From: Candidatus Bathyarchaeota archaeon
Lineage (GTDB): Archaea; Thermoproteota; Bathyarchaeia; Bathyarchaeales; Bathycorpusculaceae
Length of the DNA stretch: 64,000 bases
NCBI GenBank assembly: GCA_963720565.1
Contig: CAVRFW010000004.1
Location: forward strand, 1 to 64,000
Reading direction: 5' to 3'
A program made the position numbers and the translations under genes. Every line of letters begins with the position of its first letter. The first letter of the stretch is position 1. Of this stretch, positions 1 to 10,048 are shown in pieces. Below the pieces are notes generated by a model that was not told the DNA's origin, did no database searches, and saw nothing but the letters and a program-made list of their open reading frames with translations.

Positions 1-98
1 TGCATATGCAATAATACTACATATAAAACTTCCGCTTCCGAATCCGAATGCAACAATCACAATAATAACTTCAACTCACCAATAAACAACAGATCGAC

Positions 99-1119
99 AT
101 GGACAACAACAACAGCGAACAGGAACTCTGCCGCAGCATACTCGAAAAAAACGGCGGCAGCACAGCAGACAAAACGAGAACGATGTTACTCAAAGACCCA
201 GCCTTGAAGGACCTGCAGTCTCCCTAGAATTCTTGTCAAAAAACTGGCGAGACACCCTAACACCAGCCATGACGAATCTAGCATGCGTGACTGTTGGAGG
301 AAATCCAGAAGATGCCCAAGAAGCAGCAGCAGCAATGAGCTTAATCAACCTAAGCTTTTCGCGTCTGGGACGACATTATTGACAAAACAGCCACCAGGTC
401 ATTCAAGCCCACGCTATACGGAAAATTCGGAGAAGGCACTGCACTAATAGTCGGCGGAATTTTGAGTGCCAGGGCATTCTCAACTCTGACACGAATGGAC
501 ATTGGCTACAATAAACGCCAAAAAATAGACAAACTACTCTGGAATTTTCTAACAAAAATGGCAAGAGCCGAAACAATGGAAGCTAAACTGCACATCCAAC
601 CTAATTCTTCTTCCAAAGACAAGTTTCTAAAAATCAAAATAGAAGCAGCTGACTTGGAAACCTGCATGAAAATCGGCGCAATTCTTGGAGATGGCTCTCA
701 AAACGAGATTCTCCATTTAGGAAAACTCGGTCGATGCCTGGGGATAATAATGGAACTGTGGAAAGACTTCCATGTATCGCTCAACCTTACACTTGAACTC
801 AAACAGCGAATAGTAAACAAAGCCTTACCTTTCTCCGTAATTTGGGCAAGCGAGCGTTTCTAGCAGCCTAAAACGCAAACTAGAAGGGGTCGCGGATGAA
901 GAAGACGAACAGACATATGTCAAACTGATTGTGAAAGATATTCTAGATACTGCAGCTTCAAATTACATACTCAAAATTATGCAGAAGACCTCAAGAGAAG
1001 GAGTTACAGCACTAGGTAGGCTAAAAAGCAGCAAAGAGTCTACCAAAACGCTTCAATCCTTCATTGAAGCGCAACCTGAACTCTTTGTTGAAAGCCTATC
1101 GAAACTAAAGGCAGATTGA
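99..1119 (+). CDS. Polyprenyl synthetase (class I isoprenoid synthase) family protein, degenerate/ComQ-like; split by about 3 frameshifts
   Basis: Manual translation from ATG at 99 across indels near 225, 358 and 860-890 gives ...LACVTVGGNPEDAQEAAAAMSLINLSFRVWDDIIDKTATRSFKPTLYGKFGEGTALIVGG... The first aspartate-rich motif DDIID is at 369-383; the second is degenerate (ELWKDFHVS). Continues in ORFs 462..863 and 931..1119. Confidence 0.8.
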
Positions 1120-1121
1120 AA

Positions 1122-1343
1122 TCAGTAGAAGGAGGGCCATTTCTGTTGTGGACTGACAGCGAGCAGAACCGAAACAACAACGCCGGTATAGCTTCTTGGA
1201 ACCTTGGCTTGCCTGCACAGATTTACAAGCGTGTTTTTGTTTTTTCTTTCAACTGCCTCTTGAACTCTCGAAGAGAATTCAGGTTTTGCTAGGGACTGGA
1301 GGTAGAATGATATATCCGATACTCTTTCTCCGAATGTTTTCAT
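1122..1343 (-). CDS. 73-aa small protein, candidate peptide precursor (C-terminus ...SPQQKWPSFY)
   Basis: ATG preceded by a GGGA SD-like sequence and an AT-rich TATA-like box (about 1388-1398); helical charged N-part; convergent with the prenyltransferase gene, with stops 2 bp apart. Confidence 0.65.
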   Translation of the reverse strand: MKTFGERVSDISFYLQSLAKPEFSSRVQEAVERKNKNTLVNLCRQAKVPRSYTGVVVSVLLAVSPQQKWPSFY

Positions 1344-2001
1344 ATCAATCCCTGTTGCGCTTGTCCATATTAAGCCTTTAGCAAGACATATATATTAAGA
1401 AACAAGTCAGTAAATATCGAATCCGATATCTAGTAGACTACCAAAACCGGTTGTTTTCGAAACCGGTTTGCAAGCAAGAAACAAACTGCGCAGTGTCGCG
1501 CGCTTAAGTGGAGACAACTCCTTCACCTTTCTCCTTTCCAGACCAAGAAAAGCCACAGTCCATTCGCGCAAGATACTGGTCTTCCGAACTTCTCTCAAAT
1601 GGAAACATAACCCTCTGAGCTAAGAGGTTGTCGATGCGCGCGCCAATAGTTCCCCCAGTTTTCCGTCACTGATTCCACTTCTTTTCTTCTTTCAGATAGC
1701 TCAAGACGCATTCGGCCAGAGCCAAGAGTTATAAAAACTGGCTTTCCATAAGATAGGTCTAAACGCATAGTTGCATGATTTGCATGCTTAAACTTCCTAG
1801 ATGCACATGCAATGTCTGTAGTAATGCTACAGACGCATGGATAAATATACCCATATTCAAGTTGGAAAGCAATGCATGCGAAATGAAGGAGAATAGAAAC
1901 TGACCAGAAGTAAAAACGCTATAGCGACTGCTTTGTTCTTGAGCAAGCACTTATATCAGCGGGTTAGTAATGCAAAAACCAGTGTTTGGGGATGATTAGG
2001 A

Positions 2002-3210
2002 TTGGCGATTGTCAAGTTTGGCATGTCAGCTTCGAAAAACATTTTTCTTTTCAGCGCAGTATTCTTCTTCTTCTTCCTGACTTTCATCTCAATTCTAAAT
2101 TATCTCCCTACACAATTAGTCTCTTCCGCTGTGGATCTTTACATCGTGCAAGCATTGCAGTATTTTGCGATTGCCTCCACGCTGATCATTGCTAATCGAG
2201 TCTTCCCTGGAATAAAAAAGACTTCAACATTCTTTGCGAGTTTCGCAACATTGTCCGTGGAGGGCATTCTTCTAGTAATTAGCTCATCTGTAATTATCAG
2301 GCTTGCAATCTTTTTCGCAATGATAGGAACTTTCAGTATAGTATTACTATCTTTGTTCAATTGGTTTTGGAGTATGACAGAACCTGAAGAGAGAGGTCGA
2401 ATAATAGGATTCGTCGGACTTGTTTCACTGCCATTGTATTTCCTCACATCCGAAGTTCTAGTAGCAAACCTCGATTTTGCACAGACTGGATTGTCTGGAG
2501 TTCTTCTCACTCTCGGAGTTCTGATTTTTCTACTGGTCGCTCCCAGAAAGTTTCTATCAAAGCAGAAAAGCGAAGTGGCAACTAATGAAAAAAGAACAGT
2601 TATTCTATACGCAATTCCCTGGCTTCTGTTTTCGCTAGTTAATGCAACGTTCGCTTTGTATATATCTCGAAGTGTTGCAGAACAAGTCTCCCCTTCTTTC
2701 TACTTATCTCTTCTGGGTATTCAGGTTGCAGGTGTATCTATCGGTGCTCTTGTTGGAGGCGTTATTGCCGACCTCTTTGGGCGCAAACCTTCTTTGATGT
2801 TGAGTCTCACTCTGTACGGGATTAGCTCGGCTCTTTTAGGACTAACCCCAAACGGCATTGTTTTTCTATTTTCGTATGCTGCAAATGGGATAAGCTGGGG
2901 CGTTCTTTTCGTGTTGTACGTATTTGTGGTTTGGGGCGATTTGGCAACTGAAAAAACCGCGGGAAGAATGTTCTCAATTGGATTGGCAATTTATTATTCA
3001 GCCCTAGGTGTTGGCCGTCTTATCCCTTCCCTAGATCGTATTCCATTAGTTGCAGCAGCCTTAGCAAGCTGTTTGCTGATTTTCCCTTTAAACCTGCCAA
3101 TATTATTCGCTCCGGAACTTCTTCCCTCTTATTTCCGCGAAAGAATACGACTCAAACTGCATATGAATGCAGTTAGGAAAGTCAACGCAAAATCGAAAAG
3201 TCAAGGATAG
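2002..3210 (+). CDS. MFS transporter
   Basis: About 12 hydrophobic segments; motif A-like GGVIADLFGRK and PEERGRIIG. Confidence 0.85.
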   Translation: MAIVKFGMSASKNIFLFSAVFFFFFLTFISILNYLPTQLVSSAVDLYIVQALQYFAIASTLIIANRVFPGIKKTSTFFASFATLSVEGILLVISSSVIIRLAIFFAMIGTFSIVLLSLFNWFWSMTEPEERGRIIGFVGLVSLPLYFLTSEVLVANLDFAQTGLSGVLLTLGVLIFLLVAPRKFLSKQKSEVATNEKRTVILYAIPWLLFSLVNATFALYISRSVAEQVSPSFYLSLLGIQVAGVSIGALVGGVIADLFGRKPSLMLSLTLYGISSALLGLTPNGIVFLFSYAANGISWGVLFVLYVFVVWGDLATEKTAGRMFSIGLAIYYSALGVGRLIPSLDRIPLVAAALASCLLIFPLNLPILFAPELLPSYFRERIRLKLHMNAVRKVNAKSKSQG

Positions 3211-4139
3211 ATCGAGTTCACTGATCTCGGCATTGCCGTTGTTTCGCTGATGCTTTCAAGTTTGCAGATCCACTGGACTAACCTCTCAAGTCCAATTGCG
3301 AACCCTGAGTTGGGAGTCATTTCGAGCTGTCTGAGGGCAAGGTACCATTCTCGCTCTCGCGCTTCAATCTTCTCTTCAACCATCTTCTTCCTCAGCTCTT
3401 TCACGTCATCCTCAGCCTGACCACCACCACCTATTTCTCCATAACCTTCAGGAGAGACAAGGTCCACTGTCAATGTCGATCCGAGCTTTGTGGGATTAGA
3501 TTTATAAAACATGGTTTCAAATCCCTCGGGAAATTCTGTCAAGAAAAAAGGATTACTAAACTTCATGCTAAGGTGCTTCTCTAAACTCCAATTGATCTCT
3601 TGCCCCCATAGAATGGAGAAACCATCCTTTTGCAGAGTCTCAACAGCATCATCGTACGTCAGCTTCGGAAAAGGCAATTTGATCCTCAACAAGTCTTCAG
3701 CTGAACGCCCTAGACACCTCAAGTCCTTCACAGATGTCTCCGCCAGAAAACGGCAAACATGTGTCAATAGCTCTTCTTGAACCTTGACAAGTTCCTCAAG
3801 TCCGCATCGCTCCGCCACCTCTATGCGCCAATACTCGGTCAGATGCCGCTTGGTCTCTACGTTCTCAACCCTGAAAGAAGGCGCGACCGTGTAGATTTTT
3901 TCAAATCCTCCAACAAAAGCATCCGAGTATGGCTGCAATCCTTGAGCAAGATACGCTTTTTTGCCAAAATAATTTACCCCAAAGTAACCGGGCCAATCTC
4001 CAAACGCAGGAATCAAGGTTGGCCCCTGAACCTCCAAAAATCCATTTTGATCAAGCCAGCGTCTTGCTGCTTGCAGAATCTTGGCTCTTACCTTTAGGAT
4101 CGCCTTTCTCCTTTCCGAGAAAACCCCACAGTCAGACAT
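3201..4139 (-). CDS. Class IIb aminoacyl-tRNA synthetase paralog (Asn/AspRS catalytic core only, no anticodon-binding domain)
   Basis: Motif 1 (RRWLDQNGFLEVQGP), motif 2 (FRVENVETKRHLTEY) and motif 3 (GFAIGLERL); only 312 aa, with no N-terminal OB fold. Confidence 0.85.
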   Translation of the reverse strand: MSDCGVFSERRKAILKVRAKILQAARRWLDQNGFLEVQGPTLIPAFGDWPGYFGVNYFGKKAYLAQGLQPYSDAFVGGFEKIYTVAPSFRVENVETKRHLTEYWRIEVAERCGLEELVKVQEELLTHVCRFLAETSVKDLRCLGRSAEDLLRIKLPFPKLTYDDAVETLQKDGFSILWGQEINWSLEKHLSMKFSNPFFLTEFPEGFETMFYKSNPTKLGSTLTVDLVSPEGYGEIGGGGQAEDDVKELRKKMVEEKIEAREREWYLALRQLEMTPNSGFAIGLERLVQWICKLESISETTAMPRSVNSIYP

Positions 4140-4434
4140 GTCAAGCCAACAGCGTTACTAGACAAGGCAACTAATTAAACCCGTTGAGAGCAATCGAATT
4201 TCTAGTAATGACGTCAGAGGCAAACACAACTTCACATTTTCGCTAAAGTCCTTCAGAAACAGCCATTTATTTCTGAGACGCGCGCGCCGCATTTAAAGGA
4301 GCACCGACGTCTTCACATTCCAAATAATAGCTCGCAGCCGCTTTGCCTGGGAGTGGGCAGGGCATAGATATTGAGTTGGATTTAGTAGTGATTCATAACC
4401 GATATTAAATCGTCAAAACCAAAGCATAGTACAT

Positions 4435-5591
4435 GTGAAAGTAATGGAAGAAATGGAAAACTTCCCTCAGGATAAAGTCATTATCGAGACTATCATTCTA
4501 AAACCTCGTTTCGACCAAAATAAGGTTAAAACAAAAGTGGAGAAACTGAAGAAAGGGTTCTTCTCAAAATTTGGTGTCCTAAAGCCAAGGGACGAGGACA
4601 TAACAATAATTGCTCTTAACAAGTACTACGAACCCTTTGTCGTAATCGGCGGAAAATATTCTATTGATTACTGCAGGAAACATGACTACGCAATCAGAAT
4701 CCAAAATGAAACGCAGCAAATTTCCATAGCCGGCCAAAAGTTTATCCCAGAGACTCTTGCTCACGAAAAAAGAAAAAAGATGATTAGGATAGTGGGTGAA
4801 GAATATTCTAGTTATCAAACCGAAACATACCTTGTCCTGGACAGAACTCTGCAGGAAATCTCTCCAGAGAAACTGCCGCTTGCACCATCTGACTACGAAA
4901 TGGAAAAACAGCAAAACCCAGTCTTGAACCTTAGAAAAACAGAAATCCTTTTGGAAGAAGGAATAGCACAACTCCGGTCAAAAATCGCAATTAGACCATC
5001 GGATGCCGCAGCAGTTGTTGAAGAGGTTTTCGAAATCACCTCTCGAATTGTGGTTTTCAAGCCATCATATGAGCTTATTCTTCACAACGCAAAAGACGGG
5101 AGAAGACTGACCGCATTAGTAGATGGCATCACCGGTGAAATCGATCTAGAAAAGACTGATCACTCATCGAAGAAGCTCCTCGATGAATCTTCTAAGTCGT
5201 CAAATCAGAATCTTCCAAGAAACAGAATCCCGCTATCTCCAAGAGAACCAAAGCAATTCCCCGCGCAAAACAGCATCTTCTCTTCAAACGCAGTTGCAGA
5301 TGAATCGGGCAAAGATTCCAAAACCGAGGAAAAACCTGAGGCTCCGATTGGCACATCAGAACCAAGCGATCTCTCCCCGCTAAATGCAGAAAACGCCACA
5401 TTCCTAGCAGTTGATTTTCTAAGGACCCTGGGCTACCAACATAACCTGAAACCAGCAAGACTATCACGCATTGGGGAAGACTACACTATAGAAATCGGTT
5501 TCGAGAGAAAGGAATCGCCAAGATTCAGGTCGACGCCAAAACCAAGAAGGTTAAGGAATACGAGCTAGAAGCCGACGGAAAAATACTCTAA
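4435..5591 (+). CDS. Hypothetical two-domain protein (N-part paralogous to 43878..44642, C-part paralogous to 13342..13671); frameshift near 5510
   Basis: Shared KYYEPFVVIGGKYSIDYCRK/KFYEPYIVASGRYFIDYYRK and NAENATFLAVDFLRTLGY/NAETATYLTVEFLKRLGY; the shifted frame continues IAKIQVDAKTKKVKEYEL to TAA at 5589-5591. Confidence 0.7.
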
Positions 5592-5778
5592 ACGAAAGCT
5601 GTAGAATACCTGCTGACTCCAATCTTAGGAGCTTCCGCCATCCTTTCTGTTCTGAAACTGAAAACCTGCCTTTTGTAATAAACAATCGCGCAATAGTAGA
5701 CTTAGCACTTGCAATATTTCTTACACATCAAGCATCAATGATTCAAGCTTAGTCAATAACTAAAAATCACAAGCCACC

Positions 5779-7509
5779 CTATGTTTCAAGGGCTTTTTCT
5801 GAGGCATCATTAAAGACTCTGGCAAACTTCTTTACAAGATCTTTTGGCGTGTATATTGAAGAGCTAAGCCTGAAAAAGCTGCTCATTGAATCAGTTTCGA
5901 CGCCTATTCCAATTACAATAACTCCTTTCCTCAGCAAGTCATCAACGTTCTTCTTGAGTTTTGCTGGCATGTCATCATAGCCATAGGGCCAGCCATCAGA
6001 TAATACTACGAGCACGCGCTGTTCTTCAAATCTCTTTGCCAACATTTTCCCAGCCATGAATACTGCATCGGGTATGTACGTGAGACCCTCGAATCTAAGG
6101 CCCCCAATCCTAGCACGCACTCTCTGAGAGTAGGATTCCGTGCTATCTTTTAATACGTAGAAATTGTCGCTAAAACCAAAAAACGTCCAGGAAGCTGGAT
6201 CATTCATTAATTCCTTGGCTGCTTCTGCCACCGCAATAGCCAAGCCACGTGCATACTCACCTCGAAGCTTCATGCTCCCGCTCACATCCAAGACTATGGA
6301 CCAAGCAAAACTCTGTTTTAGAAACTGATCCATGGTGAAAACATCTGTTGCTGGCTTGTTGCTCGCAATGGATTGTATCACAGCGCTCAAGTCCAATTGA
6401 CCCATTTCCTGCCTTGGATCCTCATCCAAATAATCCATGGCGTTTCGAAGAACATCTAAGAGTCTGCGGGTTGTACCACGTGCCAAGTTCTTGGCTCTGA
6501 GGTATTGCGTATAATCTTCTTCAGGAAGATCAACAGATTTGAACTCAGTCTCGTGCGCATAGGGTCGAATCTTTGACAGGATTTTTTCGCGTCGCTCATT
6601 CTGGTTCCTTTCAGAATCAAACGCCTGTAACGTTTCGGCATCATGCTCCTTTTTCCAACAAGAATCCAGGCCTGCATTGTCGGGAACTGAACTGCCAAAG
6701 AGCTCAACTGATTTCCTGAAAACCCTTTCAACATCTGAATCGTAAGATTCTCTTTCCATACTCGCAAAAATACTACAACGACCAATTTGCTCAGTGTAAG
6801 GCAGAGAAGGAACCTCTACGAATGGCCCAAAAGGCTCTAGCAATTCAAGCGCATTCTGAATTTTGTCTTCCAGCAGTTTATCCATGTCAGTATTCCTTCT
6901 CGAAACCACTGTTTCGATGTTTTCTTTGCTGCCTACCAAATCATTGTAAATCTCATTCGCGATTCGATTCTCCTCAGATTCAAGTGTACCTTTTACCTGT
7001 TCAAAATTGACTCTTGAAAGCAAAGCAGACATAATTCTTGTAGAAGAAGATAGTATTCTCTGAATCGGTTTCATTCTATGGTAGGCGATCGCATTTGCAT
7101 ATGCGATGTCAAAACACCTATCAGGGTGCCATGTTCTGAGGTAAACGTTTGAACAAATGTCTCTAACCAAAGATTTTATGAACGCTTCTGTTACGGAATC
7201 AGACCGGAGGGGCACAGTCATCTTGTAAGGCAATGAAACCAGCGTGTGGGCTGTTAGGTGCAAAACCGAAGCCCGGAATAATCGCCCAACTTTGGCTTTT
7301 CCCGTTGCATTTTGCGGGAATTCTTGTCCCTGAAAGCAGAGCATTCCGTCTTCTTTGTACTGAATTCTCGGGATTTTGACCGAGAATCCCTGAGTGTCTC
7401 TTTCCAAGGTCGGCTGGTCTATAGAAGAATCTAACAGAATTCTTGTTTCTCGATTATCCTTCTGAACGGAAACAAGCCAAGCATAGTCAAGGAACCCCAT
7501 TTTCTCCAC
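5779..7509 (-). CDS. VWA domain protein (CbbO/NorD/CobT-like)
   Basis: C-terminal MIDAS motif DVSGSM, T in GLTY, and VLSDGWP; directly downstream of a MoxR ATPase. Confidence 0.85.
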   Translation of the reverse strand: MEKMGFLDYAWLVSVQKDNRETRILLDSSIDQPTLERDTQGFSVKIPRIQYKEDGMLCFQGQEFPQNATGKAKVGRLFRASVLHLTAHTLVSLPYKMTVPLRSDSVTEAFIKSLVRDICSNVYLRTWHPDRCFDIAYANAIAYHRMKPIQRILSSSTRIMSALLSRVNFEQVKGTLESEENRIANEIYNDLVGSKENIETVVSRRNTDMDKLLEDKIQNALELLEPFGPFVEVPSLPYTEQIGRCSIFASMERESYDSDVERVFRKSVELFGSSVPDNAGLDSCWKKEHDAETLQAFDSERNQNERREKILSKIRPYAHETEFKSVDLPEEDYTQYLRAKNLARGTTRRLLDVLRNAMDYLDEDPRQEMGQLDLSAVIQSIASNKPATDVFTMDQFLKQSFAWSIVLDVSGSMKLRGEYARGLAIAVAEAAKELMNDPASWTFFGFSDNFYVLKDSTESYSQRVRARIGGLRFEGLTYIPDAVFMAGKMLAKRFEEQRVLVVLSDGWPYGYDDMPAKLKKNVDDLLRKGVIVIGIGVETDSMSSFFRLSSSIYTPKDLVKKFARVFNDASEKALET

Positions 7510-7524
7510 GTCTGGAAAGAATAT

Positions 7525-8434
7525 TTACTGCTGCTTGCCAAAAACGGCTCCAATGATTCTTCTAACGTCAGCTTGAACTTCAACATTGTCGCTTGTCAGC
7601 CCAATTATTGTTTCTTCTGCCGCGTTTAGAGGCGTGTTTCCGTCGCGTATGAGAGTCCCCCAATTAATCAAATCACCAAGCGACGGACCGTAGGGCAAGT
7701 CCCCCGCTTTGTATTGTCTTCTCAGTTCAGCGCCTGCCTGAATTATCTTGTAAGAGGTATCCTGGTCTATCTTGGTTCTTTTCTGAAGCATTTCAACTTC
7801 GTAAGGGGAGATTTTCTCTCCAACGCTCAGAAAATCAAAGTTTATCCAAACCGCCATTCGTCTACGCATCGCTGCATTTAGAGGCTTTGTTCCTGAGAAT
7901 TCTGCAGTTGCAGGATTCATGCTGATAATCATGTAAGCGTATTTGTGTCGCTCTATGACTTCACTGTCTTTCTCGTTAAGCACGAGATGACCACGAGTGT
8001 CCAGAACCGGGTTCAGCCTAGTGGCCACGTCTTGTTTCATCATGTTGGCTTCATCAAGATACATTATCCCGCCTTTCCTAAGCCATTGTGTAACAAGACC
8101 GTCGACCCAGTTTTCTTTTCCTAGACCAATGAAACGACCAATAAGATCGAAGGCGGATGTGGATAGACCGCAGTTTACCTCCCAAATTGGCAGTCCTGTA
8201 AGTTCAGCCACAAGGTAGACTATATGGGTCTTGCCAGTTCCTGAAGGACCAATCAGAGCGCATTGCTTGAAATGGTATAGTGCTCTGGTTATTCTTTCAA
8301 CATAGTTGAATCCTTGGTCTAGAATATTCTGGTGTATTCTTGGGAATCATGTCGCTCAAATGTTCAAAACTGTAGTTGGGATGCAAATCGTATCTCTGTA
8401 TGTCGTATTTGTCATACAAAGGTGATTTCGACAT
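7525..8434 (-). CDS. MoxR-type AAA+ ATPase (CbbQ/NirQ/NorQ/GvpN-like); frameshift near 8320
   Basis: ATG at 8434 (MSKSPLYDKY...); Walker A GPSGTGKT around 8226-8250; Walker B YLDEAN; PLNAAMRRR arginine finger. Confidence 0.85.
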
Positions 8435-8753
8435 TGTGCTTTCTTTGTTTAACGACACCGTTACTCTGAATCTTTCTTGCCTTAAGGATGTGACCTGTTC
8501 CGTTCGACCAGCTTCAGCCTTTTCTTTTAGGCCTTGGTGTCCGTAAACCAAAGAGAATATCGCCTCTGCATGATACTAATCTCAGAGACGCATAATTAAA
8601 TATTATGTATTACGACTTGTTATACGTTCTTCAACAAACAACTTTCACTCTTGTACCGAAAAAAGCCAAGTCGCCTAAGAACCGCTGTACGTAGTCGCCT
8701 AAGACACACAAGCTCTTTTCTAAGAAAATTGTCTTAAGAAGAATCGATTAATA

Positions 8754-9260
8754 TTGTCCCAGGAAACAGTAAAATTAACAGAAAACTCAATGCCTTCAGA
8801 ACCAGCACTCAACGAGAAGAAGCAGACGGTAGTAAGAGAAATCCTAAACGCGCTCAGAAGCGTTGCAGACGACATAGGACAAATCAATGAACTTCTTTCC
8901 GAAGAACAGCTACTCACTGCCCAATTCTTCTCTTCTCTCCTAAAGCTGATGCAACCGTTCTCCAACGCCATATCAGTGTCTCTTTCAGTCCTTCCCCCAA
9001 TTTTCAAAAACGCTACTCAAGCGCATGTCGACCCAACAGGACATTTAGGTGTAACATTTGACAATGGTCTCTTCAAACTAGTAGATCTCGCAGAACAGAA
9101 AAACCTAGACCTAGTGATGACTATTATTCCTGACATATTGCCAAAACTCAAGACTCTTACAAGTCTACACAAAAACAAAATTGAAGACCGCATAAGATTC
9201 CTTTCGACGGTTACGAAAGAAATGCAGAAAATTTCCGACTCTCTCCCTTCAGGAATATAG
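8754..9260 (+). CDS. Hypothetical protein
   Basis: 168-aa ORF with coiled-coil-like helices, divergent from moxR. Confidence 0.6.
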   Translation: MSQETVKLTENSMPSEPALNEKKQTVVREILNALRSVADDIGQINELLSEEQLLTAQFFSSLLKLMQPFSNAISVSLSVLPPIFKNATQAHVDPTGHLGVTFDNGLFKLVDLAEQKNLDLVMTIIPDILPKLKTLTSLHKNKIEDRIRFLSTVTKEMQKISDSLPSGI

Positions 9261-9411
9261 AAGCAATAAAGAAGGTATCCCTTGAATGCTCTCATTCAGA
9301 AACCAAAGACATTTGCGAGTACGTAATTTTTGTAATGGACAAAGCCTATTATGGAAAGAGCTTCACTACACAATGTAGCTCTATGTTTCAACTGGCAATA
9401 GGGAATGACAT

Positions 9412-9981
9412 ATGGGAATAGAGATTCGAACTTTCATAACAATAAAAGAACTATCAGAATACTTGGCGGGTACAGTTCTCCAGAACAGAATGCTGTATGA
9501 AGACTACAGTCAGTGGCTGGGTTCTCTACTTCGAAGTTGTGAGGAAACTCGTAAGGATGAGGAGTGGTACAAGATGTCAACGGCCCTGCAAAAAAACCTT
9601 AAGGCGCTACCCAAAAATGCTTCCGCGGAAAAAGGAAAAAGCAACAAAAATGGAAAGGGAAAAAAGGCGGAAAAATCGTGCTGGCTGCAATCTGGAAACA
9701 TTCTACTGTCTTCCACGCCGCAAGGACAAGTTGAAGTTTTGTTTGAGGCAATTGAAAAAATCAGCTCCAAGATTGCGGAAATAGAAAAGTCGAAAGTCGC
9801 CGTTCAACAGCTTGAGCGAATCGGGCTTGGAAGAAATGTCAATTATATCGTCTACTTCGAAGATGATGTTCCCAAGAGAATTGTACTGTTTACTAAAGTT
9901 GTTGCTCAGGGGGAGGGCCCATTTCATTTCGCAACGGAACTCTCTGTACCAGCCCTTCCAGCAGATTTCAAAGCCGGATAG
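9412..9981 (+). CDS. Hypothetical protein
   Basis: 189-aa ORF, ATG with SD-like GGGA. Confidence 0.65.
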   Translation: MGIEIRTFITIKELSEYLAGTVLQNRMLYEDYSQWLGSLLRSCEETRKDEEWYKMSTALQKNLKALPKNASAEKGKSNKNGKGKKAEKSCWLQSGNILLSSTPQGQVEVLFEAIEKISSKIAEIEKSKVAVQQLERIGLGRNVNYIVYFEDDVPKRIVLFTKVVAQGEGPFHFATELSVPALPADFKAG

Positions 9982-10048
9982 TCACCTTATTCAGCTTTGA
10001 TATGTAAAGAATTAAATATAATTCGGACCAACTACACTTGGGGTATTA

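Noticed and set aside
3201..4139. Housekeeping asnS/aspS
   Set aside because: No anticodon-binding domain and an altered substrate-pocket motif.
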